Of a DNA stretch of 64,000 bases, positions 48,327 through 59,200 are shown one piece after another. Numbering within the stretch: position 1 is the first letter of the stretch; the number at the start of each line of letters is the position of its first letter. The DNA is from Candidatus Cloacimonadales bacterium (GTDB lineage: Bacteria; Cloacimonadota; Cloacimonadia; Cloacimonadales; DAONDQ01): positions 896,001 through 960,000 of the forward strand of contig OY759316.1 of the NCBI GenBank assembly GCA_963662275.1, read 5' to 3'. Both the position numbers and the translations under genes were made by a program. Below the pieces are notes generated by a model. The model saw only the letters and a list, made by a program, of their open reading frames with translations, did not search any database and was not told the origin of the DNA.

Positions 48327-51300
48327 ATGAAACGCAACGCTTTAGTTTTTCTAATTCTCATGCTTCTTATCTCCATTTCAGCATGGGCTGACCAAGTAAT
48401 CATTGGTACAGGAGTATTAACCCAACGACAACCTCTAGGCTGTTATTGGGGTTATGAACGTTCTGCTTCCATTTATACTTCGGCAGAGATTGGCACAACA
48501 GGAGATATATCAATTTTAGAATGGTATCCGACAGTAGCACAAACTGTCACTGTCCCTGTAAAAGTATATTTAATGACCACAACAGCATCAACTTTGACTG
48601 CTGATACTTGGGCAAATGCGATTGCCGGTGCAACATTGGTTTATAATGGCAATTTTTCTAACCCAGGAACCACTTGGTTTCCTATCAACTTAACAACTCC
48701 TTTTAGTTATGGTGGAGGAGCGAATAATTTAATCGTGCTGGTGGAAACCAATTATGGCGGAACTGGTGTTTCACCTTCCACTTCTTCTTCATGTGCATAT
48801 TCAACTGCAACTAGCCAAAATGAATATTGGTATGCGGACAATAATCCACCACTTACTTCGGGAGCTGTGAGTGCAACCCGACCCAATATTCGTATTACAA
48901 TTTCAAATCCCATTCCAATGACATTTACTTCTTGCACGACTTCACAAAATACTACCGCTGTCTGGGCTGGAGATACACAACAGCAGGTCATTGGGATACA
49001 AGTCGTCATGACAGGTTCACTCACGCCACTGAATTTGACGCAATTTACATTGAAAGCAACCGGAACTACATCTGTTTCCGAAATTTCCAATGCAAAGATT
49101 TTCTACACAGGTGCAAATTCCACTTTCTCGGCAACAAGCCAATTCGGTTCAACTGTAGCAGCACCGACCCTAGCGAATTACACAGTAAGCGGAACTCAAA
49201 CACTAGGATCGGGAAACAACTATTTTTGGCTGACTTATGATGTTTCAGCCTCATCTGTTTCTGGTCATGTTATTGATGCTGAATGCCCATCCTTGACGAT
49301 CGACGGTGTGGCACATGTACCAACGATTACAGCACCAACAGGCAGTAGAACCATTAATGTGCCTCTCACCGGAACCAAGACTGTCGGTACGGGTATGACT
49401 TATACTACGATGACAGCAGCAATTAACGCTCTGAATACACTCGGGGTAGGGGCTGGCGGTGTAATATTTAGTCTGACATCGGGAGCCATATTTACTGAAG
49501 ACTTACCTGTTATTACTGCAACCGGTGCTGCTGACAGAACGATCCTCTTCACAACATCTGCTGCCGGTCATGCCACCATTAAGCCTACTTTTACTTCGGG
49601 TGGAGGCAGTGATGCGGGTATTGCCATCAATGGCGGTGATTACATCACATTCAATGGTATTGATGTTATCATTGTATCAGGCGGTAATGCAGTTGAATAT
49701 GGTTACTACTTGTATGGCGGTGCTCAGCATTGTACAATACAAAATACAACGATTACCTTATTGGAAACGAATACGAGTACTAAAGCAATTTATTCCTATT
49801 CAACAGCGACAACTGCCGCAACAGCGAATAGCTATAACCACTTCTATAACATTACATCAACTCATACATATAACGGTGTTTATCTTTCCGGCTCTTCAAC
49901 ATCCGGTGCAGAAGACACAGATAATGAAGTGGGAATATCAGGAGGAACTACTTCGATTGGAACAATCGGCTCCTCAACAGCGTCAACATCAGTATATGGT
50001 ATCTATGCATATTATCAGAAGAATGCCAAGATTTTCAATTTGACTGTTATTACTGCAGCATCAACAACAGGTTCAATTTATGGTATCTATACTTCTGGAT
50101 CTGCGAGCACTATCGACATCTATAATTGTCAAATACGCGCATTAGCCAGTACTTCTTCCGGGTATGTATATGGTATCTATGTTACAAGCGGAACCACTGC
50201 GAATATTTACTCGAATACTCTTCGTACACTTTCTAGTGCGGGTGCTTCTGTTTATGGAATATATACATACGGTGGAACGACAAACAATATCTACAAAAAT
50301 TATGTTTATGACGTAACATATTCAGGAACTGGTTCCTACAGTGCCAATGGTATCTATCTGGCTGGTGGTTCAACAAACAATGTATATAACAATATGATCA
50401 GGACTATCAATGCGGTCGCCAGTACTGCAACACCTGGTTCTGCTGGTATATATCTGAGTTCCGGAACCACTGAAAATATCTACTACAACAGTATTCTACT
50501 CAGCGAAACAGGAACTGTCGCAAGTACGTTTTCTGCTGCTTTATATGCTTCTTCAACACCAACAACCATAGACATGCGTAATAATAGTTTTGTTAACAAA
50601 TCTACAACAGGTACCAGCAGCACTGGAAGAGCTGTAGCATTTTGGAAGAGTACAGCAAGCTATACGAATATCGCTGCGGTAACCAATAACAATGCGTATT
50701 ATGCAGGAACACCGAGTGCCACAAATCCTATCCATTATGATGGAACAAATACTTATAATACGCTTGCCTTATATAAAGCTGCAATCGCAACTAAGGATCA
50801 ATCATCCATTACAGAAAATGTTCCTTACATTAGTACAACGAACCTGCATCTCTCCGCTTCTACAGCAACTCAGCTTGAAAGTGGCGGAATACCAATAACG
50901 ACCCCAATTGCTATCACTGGTGATTATGATGGTGATACTGGCGTGGATCATCTCAGGTCAGCAACAACTCCTGATATTGGTGCTGATGAAGGTGTCTTTG
51001 TCATTAACGATCTAAATCCTCCCACAATTTCCTATACAGCTTTGGTAAATACATCCTCTGCAAGTTCACGTACACTGAGTGCTGTATCGATAGTTGATCC
51101 ATCTAATGTGAACGTAACTGCAGGAACTAAACCAAGGATTTACTTTAAGAAGAAAACAGATGCAAATGCATTCGGTGTTGCAAATAATTCAACAGGGGAT
51201 GGCTGGAAGTGGACTGAAACTGCAGGAGGAGCTACCCCATTCGACTTGATTATTGATGTTATAAAGTTACGGAGTGTACCTGTGGGTGGTGATTCAATCC

Positions 51301-53423
51301 AGTATTTTGTGGTAGCACAAGATCTGGCAACTACTCCGAATGTTGGTGCTCAACCTGGCAATGGATTTGTGGGAACTTCTGTAGCAGCGATTACAACTGC
51401 TCCTACTACTCCCAACAGTTATCTCATAATCCCTTCAATTAGCGGTGTTAAAACGATTGGCTCTGGAGGTGTGTATTCAACGATTACAGAAGCTCTTACA
51501 GTTCTCAATTCCGCTGAACTTGTAGGTTGGGTTGAATATCATTTTCTTGATTCCGACTATTCAACTCGCGAGACTTTCCCGCTTACAATCAATGCAATTG
51601 CTGGTTCAAGTGTAACGAACACGATTACTTTCAAACCTGCTACAGGAGTAAGTACTACAATTACTGGTTCGAATTCTACTGCAATATGGAATCTGAATGG
51701 TGCTATATATGTAACAATCGATGGTTCCAATAACGGTACTACAAGTAAAGACTTGACTATCATTAACAATAGTACGACTGCTCCTACAATTAATTTTGCC
51801 GGAGCTTCAGCTTCGAATACGATTAAGAATTGTAACATAAACGGAGCTAATTCATCTTCTTCCAGTGCAATTGTATATATAACCACAACAACGGCTGGAA
51901 ATAGCAATTCAATTCTTTCATGCGACTTAGGTTCGGGTGATACTTCTCCGGCTATAGGTGTTTATTTTACTGGAAGTTTTACTGGCGGACAGGTTGTTCA
52001 GGATTGTTCTATTAGAGGCATGACCTCTTATGGTATGTATGTTAGCAATTCATTGTCAAATGGCATCCTGTTACAAACAAACTCGATCCGTGATTTTGGA
52101 AGTTATGGCATATATTTAGCCGCTGGAAGCAATGTAGTTGTAAATAATTGCGAAATTTTTGGCTCTTCGACATCCACTTTGGTGGGTGGTATTTATCTCG
52201 GTAACAATCCTGGTGCTATTATAAAGAAGAACAAAATTCATGATATACAGGGTTCTACTAGCGCTACCCTTGTAGGTATCTATATTTATGGATACAGTGG
52301 AGCTGTCATGAATCAGCAAGTGATTAACAACGAAATCTACCTGGAAACAGGAGTAGCATCAACGACAGGTAGTGTAAAAGGAATTGATTACTACGCTTTT
52401 TCAGCAAATTCCTGTGAAATATACTACAATTCTGTCTTCATTGGCGGGACAGGCGTTACAGGTTCAACTGTTAGTTATGCCTTCCATAAACGTGATGCGG
52501 CGACTACTTTCAAAGTGGAGAATAATATCTTCGTGAATGCTCGCAGTAACAGTACAGGTACTGCTAAACATTATGCTATCGGTATAACAGGGGGAGGTAC
52601 CACTACGACAACGCTAGTACTGGATCGAAACGATTACCTTGCCAGCGGAACCGGTGGTGTTCTTGGTGTTCAGGGTACGACAGATGCCAGCAATATTGCA
52701 GCCTGGAGATTGTTATCACTGCAGGATGCTAATTCAATAGCGACAGAACCGTATTACAATTATGGAAGCCCTTATTTGCAGCCATATAATATATCCCCTG
52801 TATTTGGGGCTGGTACACCAATTACCGGAATTACTGATGATAAGCTCGATGTCGTTCGTAATGTTACAACTCCAGCAATGGGTGCATTCGAAACGGGTCT
52901 TGCTCTCGTAGTTCCCAATCCTGCAACACCGCTTTCTCCATCAAATGGAGCTACAGGTCAAGCACTGGGTGTGACTTTATATTGGACAAATGATGGTGGA
53001 TATCCCTCAACATGTCTTCTCAATTTCGGAACTAACCTCGCAGCCAACAATCTCATGTCAGGAGTAGATATTGGGTTGGTTACATCCTATTCTCCTTCTT
53101 CATTAGCAGGAGGACAGACATATTACTGGCAAGTCGTACCAAAGAATAGTGCCGGTGGCGCGGTAGGTTGTCCTATTTGGCATTTTACCACGATCAGCTC
53201 TGTCACACCTCCTATTAATGTCTCAATTACTCAATCTGGAGCAACAGCTATTATTGGTTGGAGTCCCGTTTCCGGGGCAACTGGTTACAAAGTCTATTGG
53301 GCAACATCTCCAACGGCAGCAGATCTGGATTGGCATTTTCTGGCATCGCCTACAACAAATACTTATACTGCTACTGATTTAACGAATGATCTTCGTTTTT
53401 ATAAGGTGACTGCAACCCAATAA
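48327..53423 (+). CDS. Large secreted parallel beta-helix surface protein
   Basis: Signal peptide, GNNYFWLTYDV Ig-like domain, many YGIY/NIYNN beta-helix turns, PDIGADE, YYWQVVP, terminal RFYKVTA. Confidence 0.8.
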   Translation: MKRNALVFLILMLLISISAWADQVIIGTGVLTQRQPLGCYWGYERSASIYTSAEIGTTGDISILEWYPTVAQTVTVPVKVYLMTTTASTLTADTWANAIAGATLVYNGNFSNPGTTWFPINLTTPFSYGGGANNLIVLVETNYGGTGVSPSTSSSCAYSTATSQNEYWYADNNPPLTSGAVSATRPNIRITISNPIPMTFTSCTTSQNTTAVWAGDTQQQVIGIQVVMTGSLTPLNLTQFTLKATGTTSVSEISNAKIFYTGANSTFSATSQFGSTVAAPTLANYTVSGTQTLGSGNNYFWLTYDVSASSVSGHVIDAECPSLTIDGVAHVPTITAPTGSRTINVPLTGTKTVGTGMTYTTMTAAINALNTLGVGAGGVIFSLTSGAIFTEDLPVITATGAADRTILFTTSAAGHATIKPTFTSGGGSDAGIAINGGDYITFNGIDVIIVSGGNAVEYGYYLYGGAQHCTIQNTTITLLETNTSTKAIYSYSTATTAATANSYNHFYNITSTHTYNGVYLSGSSTSGAEDTDNEVGISGGTTSIGTIGSSTASTSVYGIYAYYQKNAKIFNLTVITAASTTGSIYGIYTSGSASTIDIYNCQIRALASTSSGYVYGIYVTSGTTANIYSNTLRTLSSAGASVYGIYTYGGTTNNIYKNYVYDVTYSGTGSYSANGIYLAGGSTNNVYNNMIRTINAVASTATPGSAGIYLSSGTTENIYYNSILLSETGTVASTFSAALYASSTPTTIDMRNNSFVNKSTTGTSSTGRAVAFWKSTASYTNIAAVTNNNAYYAGTPSATNPIHYDGTNTYNTLALYKAAIATKDQSSITENVPYISTTNLHLSASTATQLESGGIPITTPIAITGDYDGDTGVDHLRSATTPDIGADEGVFVINDLNPPTISYTALVNTSSASSRTLSAVSIVDPSNVNVTAGTKPRIYFKKKTDANAFGVANNSTGDGWKWTETAGGATPFDLIIDVIKLRSVPVGGDSIQYFVVAQDLATTPNVGAQPGNGFVGTSVAAITTAPTTPNSYLIIPSISGVKTIGSGGVYSTITEALTVLNSAELVGWVEYHFLDSDYSTRETFPLTINAIAGSSVTNTITFKPATGVSTTITGSNSTAIWNLNGAIYVTIDGSNNGTTSKDLTIINNSTTAPTINFAGASASNTIKNCNINGANSSSSSAIVYITTTTAGNSNSILSCDLGSGDTSPAIGVYFTGSFTGGQVVQDCSIRGMTSYGMYVSNSLSNGILLQTNSIRDFGSYGIYLAAGSNVVVNNCEIFGSSTSTLVGGIYLGNNPGAIIKKNKIHDIQGSTSATLVGIYIYGYSGAVMNQQVINNEIYLETGVASTTGSVKGIDYYAFSANSCEIYYNSVFIGGTGVTGSTVSYAFHKRDAATTFKVENNIFVNARSNSTGTAKHYAIGITGGGTTTTTLVLDRNDYLASGTGGVLGVQGTTDASNIAAWRLLSLQDANSIATEPYYNYGSPYLQPYNISPVFGAGTPITGITDDKLDVVRNVTTPAMGAFETGLALVVPNPATPLSPSNGATGQALGVTLYWTNDGGYPSTCLLNFGTNLAANNLMSGVDIGLVTSYSPSSLAGGQTYYWQVVPKNSAGGAVGCPIWHFTTISSVTPPINVSITQSGATAIIGWSPVSGATGYKVYWATSPTAADLDWHFLASPTTNTYTATDLTNDLRFYKVTATQ

Positions 53424-53441
53424 AGAATAATTATCCGATTC

Positions 53442-53474
53442 GTAGAGACGCCCTATATGGGCGTCTCTTTTATT
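53442..53474 (+). terminator. REP-derived hairpin with T-tract, probable terminator
   Basis: AGAGACGCCC-TATAT-GGGCGTCTCT followed by TTTATT. Confidence 0.65.
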
Positions 53475-53744
53475 TTGTGAAAGAATATCCGAGTGTATTT
53501 TGTATTTCACAGTAGTAGAGCTTTTAAATCCTTATTCAAGAGTATCTTGAAAAGTTGCTGGTTTTGCAAAGATAGCAATAAAAATACAAAATATGGAAAG
53601 ATTAATGCAATGATTTAGGTTTTAGTAATAATGTATGTGTTTGGTTATTTGTCTGTGTTTTTGGTCTTCATCTTGATTTTCCGTCAGTATCAGAAGTTGT
53701 TAACAGGTAAGGGGAATATCCTTAAATCCAAATTTGGAGGAAAG

Positions 53745-55826
53745 ATGAATAGATCCTGCAAAATAGCAATGACTTTTGCTCTCAGCTTTGTTTTATCAGC
53801 TTTATGGGCTATCACTATTTCGGATGCTCAGTCTATAAAAAATACGGAATCAGTTCAATCTGGTGGGATAAACGAAGTTAATATTGGCTTCGGAACAAGC
53901 ACGATGAGTACAATTCCCATCAACATTCAGTTCAACACACCTTATCAATACCAGGATGGTAAGCTGGTGATCATGGCATTGAGTCATATGAATACTCAAT
54001 TATATGAGGAATCAGCCAACGAATTCTATATTACAGAAGGATTAGAAAATTATAGTAATGACCTTTTAGAGCCTGATCCTACAAACCTTCCTTTAGAAAT
54101 GCAGGTAGCGAATGATTATCCAAATATTCCGTTGCATTTCCGTGACCTTGTTACTGTTTACGGTCGGGTTGTTTCCATCTTTCCTTCTACAATAGGCATC
54201 GAAGGTGCCATTATTACTTTAGCAAACATTCAAACATATTCTGTGTCTACAAACGCTAATGGGGAGTTTACAATACTTGGAGTTGTTTCAGATCAGACCT
54301 ATAACTATACTATTACTTCTGCTGGTTACCAGCCAGTATCGGGTACGATTGCAATTGCTTCTAATAATTCTGACATGGGTACTATCGTAATGACACAGAT
54401 GCTCGATCCTGTAACCAATGTAGTCGCAACTATAGCTAATAGTAATGTTTTATTAACTTGGGAAGCACCAGGAAACCAGTCTATGTCAGACACAGCAGAT
54501 GATAGACGCCCCGTACAATATAAAGTATATCGCTTACTTGTCGGACAAGAAAATAACCAAGCAATTTGGACATCACTGACTGCTTCTGCAATCCAAACGT
54601 TATCATATTCTGATTCCAGTTGGTCTATACTGCCACAGGGAGAGTATGTCTGGGCTGTTGTCGCTGAATATTCAGAGGGTATGTTATCTGCACCTACCTT
54701 CTCCAATCAGATGATACGGGAGATAAATGGAACTATATCAGGAACCGTGGCTAATTGGAATTCTCCAATTTCTGGGGCAAGAGTTTCAGCCGGAATGTAT
54801 TATTCTTTCACTAATGCTTCCGGCATATATACAATGACAGTTCCTACTGGCATATATTCAGTTACATGCTATCATTATAGTTATGTTCAGAGTTCACAAA
54901 ACAATGTAGAGGTTAATGCCATTCCGGAAGTTACGACAGTTAACTTTACTATGAATTACGCTAATAATCTTTTTGAAGATAGTTTTGATTACTATCCTGA
55001 TTTCGCATTAGAATTCGGTTCCTGGACAGTGAGAGATATTGATATGCAAAATCCTTATGTCATACCAGGTCACAGTTGGCTAAATGCAACAGAACATCAA
55101 GCTTTTATTATCTTCAATCCCACAGCTACTATTCCTCCACTAGTAGAAGCTGAACCACATACCGGTACGAAATATGCTGCTTGCTTTGATTCAGCTTATC
55201 CTAATAACGACTGGTTGATAACCACACGTTTTTTCTTGGATTCCTGGAGCGATTGCCATTCATTTTCATTCTGGGCAAAGTCTTATACTGCACAATATGG
55301 TTTGGAACGTATAAAAGTTGGTGTTTCAACAACGGGCAATCTCCCTGCAGATTTTATATTTATCAGTGAGGAACCATATGTTGAAGTTCCAACAACTTGG
55401 ACTCAATATTCATATAGCATAGTGGCATATCAGAATCAGTATATCTATCTTACAATTCAATGTGTATCTAATAACGCAATGATGCTGATGATCGATGATG
55501 TTGTTCTAAGTTCCGCAGTATCCAATCAAGATCCTCTAAACATGACGATAGTAAACAGCTTACACGGTAACTACCCTAACCCGTTCAACCCAAACACTAC
55601 CATTAAGTATTCGGTTAAGAAGGCATCACCTGTATCCATTACTATTTACAACCTCAAAGGACAGCTAGTTAAAACCTTAGTGGATGAAATTATGAATGCA
55701 GGTGAGTATAATGTTCTTTGGAATGGCACTGATGACAGCAATCGTTCCGTGACTAGCGGTGTATATTTCTGTAACATGAAAGCAGGACAATATACCTCTA
55801 CGAGGAAGATGATATTGCTGAAATAA
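53745..55826 (+). CDS. Secreted protein with carboxypeptidase-regulatory-like, cleaved-adhesin (choice-of-anchor J-like) and C-terminal T9SS/FlgD-type sorting domains
   Basis: RBS GGAGG, signal peptide, NNDWLIT, NYPNPFNPNTTI...GVYF...KMILLK. Confidence 0.85.
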   Translation: MNRSCKIAMTFALSFVLSALWAITISDAQSIKNTESVQSGGINEVNIGFGTSTMSTIPINIQFNTPYQYQDGKLVIMALSHMNTQLYEESANEFYITEGLENYSNDLLEPDPTNLPLEMQVANDYPNIPLHFRDLVTVYGRVVSIFPSTIGIEGAIITLANIQTYSVSTNANGEFTILGVVSDQTYNYTITSAGYQPVSGTIAIASNNSDMGTIVMTQMLDPVTNVVATIANSNVLLTWEAPGNQSMSDTADDRRPVQYKVYRLLVGQENNQAIWTSLTASAIQTLSYSDSSWSILPQGEYVWAVVAEYSEGMLSAPTFSNQMIREINGTISGTVANWNSPISGARVSAGMYYSFTNASGIYTMTVPTGIYSVTCYHYSYVQSSQNNVEVNAIPEVTTVNFTMNYANNLFEDSFDYYPDFALEFGSWTVRDIDMQNPYVIPGHSWLNATEHQAFIIFNPTATIPPLVEAEPHTGTKYAACFDSAYPNNDWLITTRFFLDSWSDCHSFSFWAKSYTAQYGLERIKVGVSTTGNLPADFIFISEEPYVEVPTTWTQYSYSIVAYQNQYIYLTIQCVSNNAMMLMIDDVVLSSAVSNQDPLNMTIVNSLHGNYPNPFNPNTTIKYSVKKASPVSITIYNLKGQLVKTLVDEIMNAGEYNVLWNGTDDSNRSVTSGVYFCNMKAGQYTSTRKMILLK

Positions 55827-56221
55827 TACAGCAGATCTTTTAAACGAAATAAAGGCAGTGACTGGTGGCAGGTACTGCCATCAATGTCTGATTACTATTC
55901 TGATTTTATTCCTATTCATTGTCCCACAATCAACCCTGAAAATTGAATACGCAGATATTTGCAAATCGATATTATCATACAGAATGTTACAGAAAATGTA
56001 CAGACTTTAAAGAATATATTGCTGGAATGCTTTGTATACATATATATCGATAGACTAATTAAAATCAACTCTAATTAATTTTTGGGAATATCACGCAAAT
56101 TATGATACAATACGAATAATTTAGTTGACATATTTACAAGTAGTACAACAAAATAAGATAGTATCAAAAATCGTTCAAACTATAATTCAAAGACATATGC
56201 GAAAAATATCTAGGAGGATAT

Positions 56222-59200
56222 ATGACCAAGATTATTTCCATTTTTATATTTTTTATGCTGCTATCGGTCACAGCTATTTGTTCCGTTGGTACAGTCACGA
56301 TTGGAACAGGGACTTCTGTACAGCGTAGTCCACTAGGCAGTGTATCTGGTTATGAACGTTCTGTACAATTATATACCGCTGCTGAAATGAGTAATACTGG
56401 CGTCATCACAAAAATCGAGTTTTATACGATGACTGCTGAAGCAGTGACAGTTCCATGTAAAATGTACTTGAAAGAGACAACTGCTACAACGCTCACTTCT
56501 ACAACCTGGGCTACCCAGACTACCGGAGCTACCCTTGTGTACGACAGCAGTTTCACTGGTACGATCGCTGGTGGTTGGAATGAATTCTTAACCAATAATT
56601 ACTTCACTCTTACATCAGGAAAGAATTTGCTGGTCCTTGTGGAGACTAATTATGGAGGTACTGGTTCAGGACAAGGTTCCACCAGTCCTGATTGCAGGTT
56701 TTCAACCTTGGCAAACACCCAGGAACGTTGGGCTCAGAATACTACACCCCCTACAGGAAGCGGTGCTGTCCATTCAACCCGACCCAATGTCAGACTGACT
56801 TTTAATAATGCAATGACCTATACTTCATCGACAACAACACAATTTACAGGTACTGTCGTGGCAGGAACAAACCAGCAGCCTGTTTTGGGGGTTCAAATTG
56901 TGATAGGAGGAAGCGGTGTTCCGTTATATTTGTCGATGCTTTCATTTGCTTCCAACGGCACATCCTTACTAAGTGATGTTGCCAATGCCAGATGTTACTA
57001 TACAGGTACAAGCAGTACATTCTCCACAGCTACCCAGTATGGATCAACATTCAGTTCAGTTTTTGAAACTTATTATTTTGAAGGAAATCAAACACTTGCA
57101 GCAGGGACGAATTACTTTTGGCTCACTTACGATGTTTCATCAACGGCAGGTCACGGGAACCATATCGATTCTGAGTGTCCACAGGTCTATTTAGATGGAA
57201 CAGGACTAGTGCAGTATACGCCGACAGTTACAGCTCCGTCTGGCTATTTGACTATCCGTACTCCTCTATCAGGTACCAAGACAATAGGACCTGGTGGAAC
57301 ATATACTACTTTCGCGAGTGCTATCACAGATTTAAATGATCATGGAGTTAAAAGTCCAGGTTTGACTTTTAACGTAACTTCAGGAACTGTATTTACTGAA
57401 GGGTCACTTACGATAACGGCAACAGGGACTGCTTCGAGTCCCATCATCTTCCAGAAGTCTTCCACTGCACATGCCACTGTAAAGCCAACTTTAAACACTT
57501 CATGTTTTGATATCACAAGCAGTGATTACATCACCTTCAACGGTATTGATGTTGTCATTAATTCAGGAAGCTATGTAAAATATGCTTTTTACTTACATGG
57601 AACTGCAACTGATGGGGCGCAGCACAATACGATCAAGAATTGTTCGATCACTTTAAATAAAACCAATACAGATTCAAAAGGTATCTATTCAAATTCAACT
57701 GCCACTTCGAGTGGAGGTTCCAACAGTTATAATCACTTTTACAATGTAACGATCAGTAATGTTTATAGCGGTATCTATTTAGCAGGATCATCCACTTCAG
57801 GGTGTTATGACTCTGGAAATGAAATAGGAAGCGAAACGGTTGATCATTTTAGTATCACAAATTTTGGAGGCGATACTTCTGCTTCTTATGGTGTGTATGC
57901 AACGAATCAATTGAGTGCAAAAGTCTTTGAGACTGAAATCAATGATTCAGCTTGTACTACATCATCTGCAAGTCTATTTGGCATATACTTTTTGGGTACG
58001 AATTCAACCGCAGATATCTACAACAATATTGTACAATCTCTACAAACCAGTTCAACAGGATATGGAGTATATATAGGAGCAGGAAATACGGTGAATTTTT
58101 ATTCTAATCAGATTAACGGTGTCTATAGTACCTCAAGCAGCTCCTATGGTTTGTATATTTCTTCAACTACATATTCAAATATGTATAAAAATAATATCTC
58201 CTACATCTCGACAGATGGGGTCTCATCCAAGGCGATCGGAATATATAGTTTTTCCGGAACAACACACAATATTTACAATAATATGATCAGTCACATCAAC
58301 TCTCCCAATAGCACAAGCGCACCATCAGCAGCAGGTATGTCTCTGAATTCAGTAACTACCTATGGTATCTATTACAACACGGTTAAATTAGAATGTACTG
58401 CTTCAATAACTGATTTGTATACTGCAGCCTTTCGTTCAACACATGCACCTGATTCTATAGATATTCGGAATAATATCTTCATCAATAAATCGGCAACAGG
58501 TTCAGGTACTTCCGGAAAAGCAGTTGTTTTATGGCGAAGTACAAATCCATCATATCGGGTCGCAGCATCCACCAACAACAACTTATATTATGCAGGTACA
58601 CCGGGAAGTAAAAACCTGATCTTCTATGATGGATCAAATGTCTGTGAAACCCTTAGCTCTTACAAACTGCTTGCTGAAACTATAGATCAACAGTCATTTA
58701 CTGAAGATGTTCCTTTTGTCAGTTCAACAGACCTTCATATTTCTTTATCAATACCTACCCAGGTTGAAAGTGGTGGTTTACCGATAACGACACCATTTGT
58801 TTTAAATACAGATTATGATGGAATCACAAGATCAGCAATTACACCTGATATCGGTGCAGATGAAGGGACGTTCATTTTGGCTGAATATAATCCGCCTGTG
58901 ATAACCTATAGTCCTTTTGGTTACACGTATTCCACGAGTTCACAAACTCTCAGTAATGTCGTCATTACAGATGGCTCAGGTTTGAATGTAACATCAACCT
59001 ATAAGCCTCGTGTTTATTTCAAGAAAAATACGGAGACAAATTCATTCGGTGCCAACAATTCAGGTACAAACGGCTGGAAGTGGACTCAAACTACTTCTTC
59101 ATCATCACCCTTCGAGTTTTTATTGGATTATTCGTTACTAAACAGTGCCGTAGTTCCCGGTGATACAATCCAGTATTTCGTTGTTGCCCAGGATTCCTTT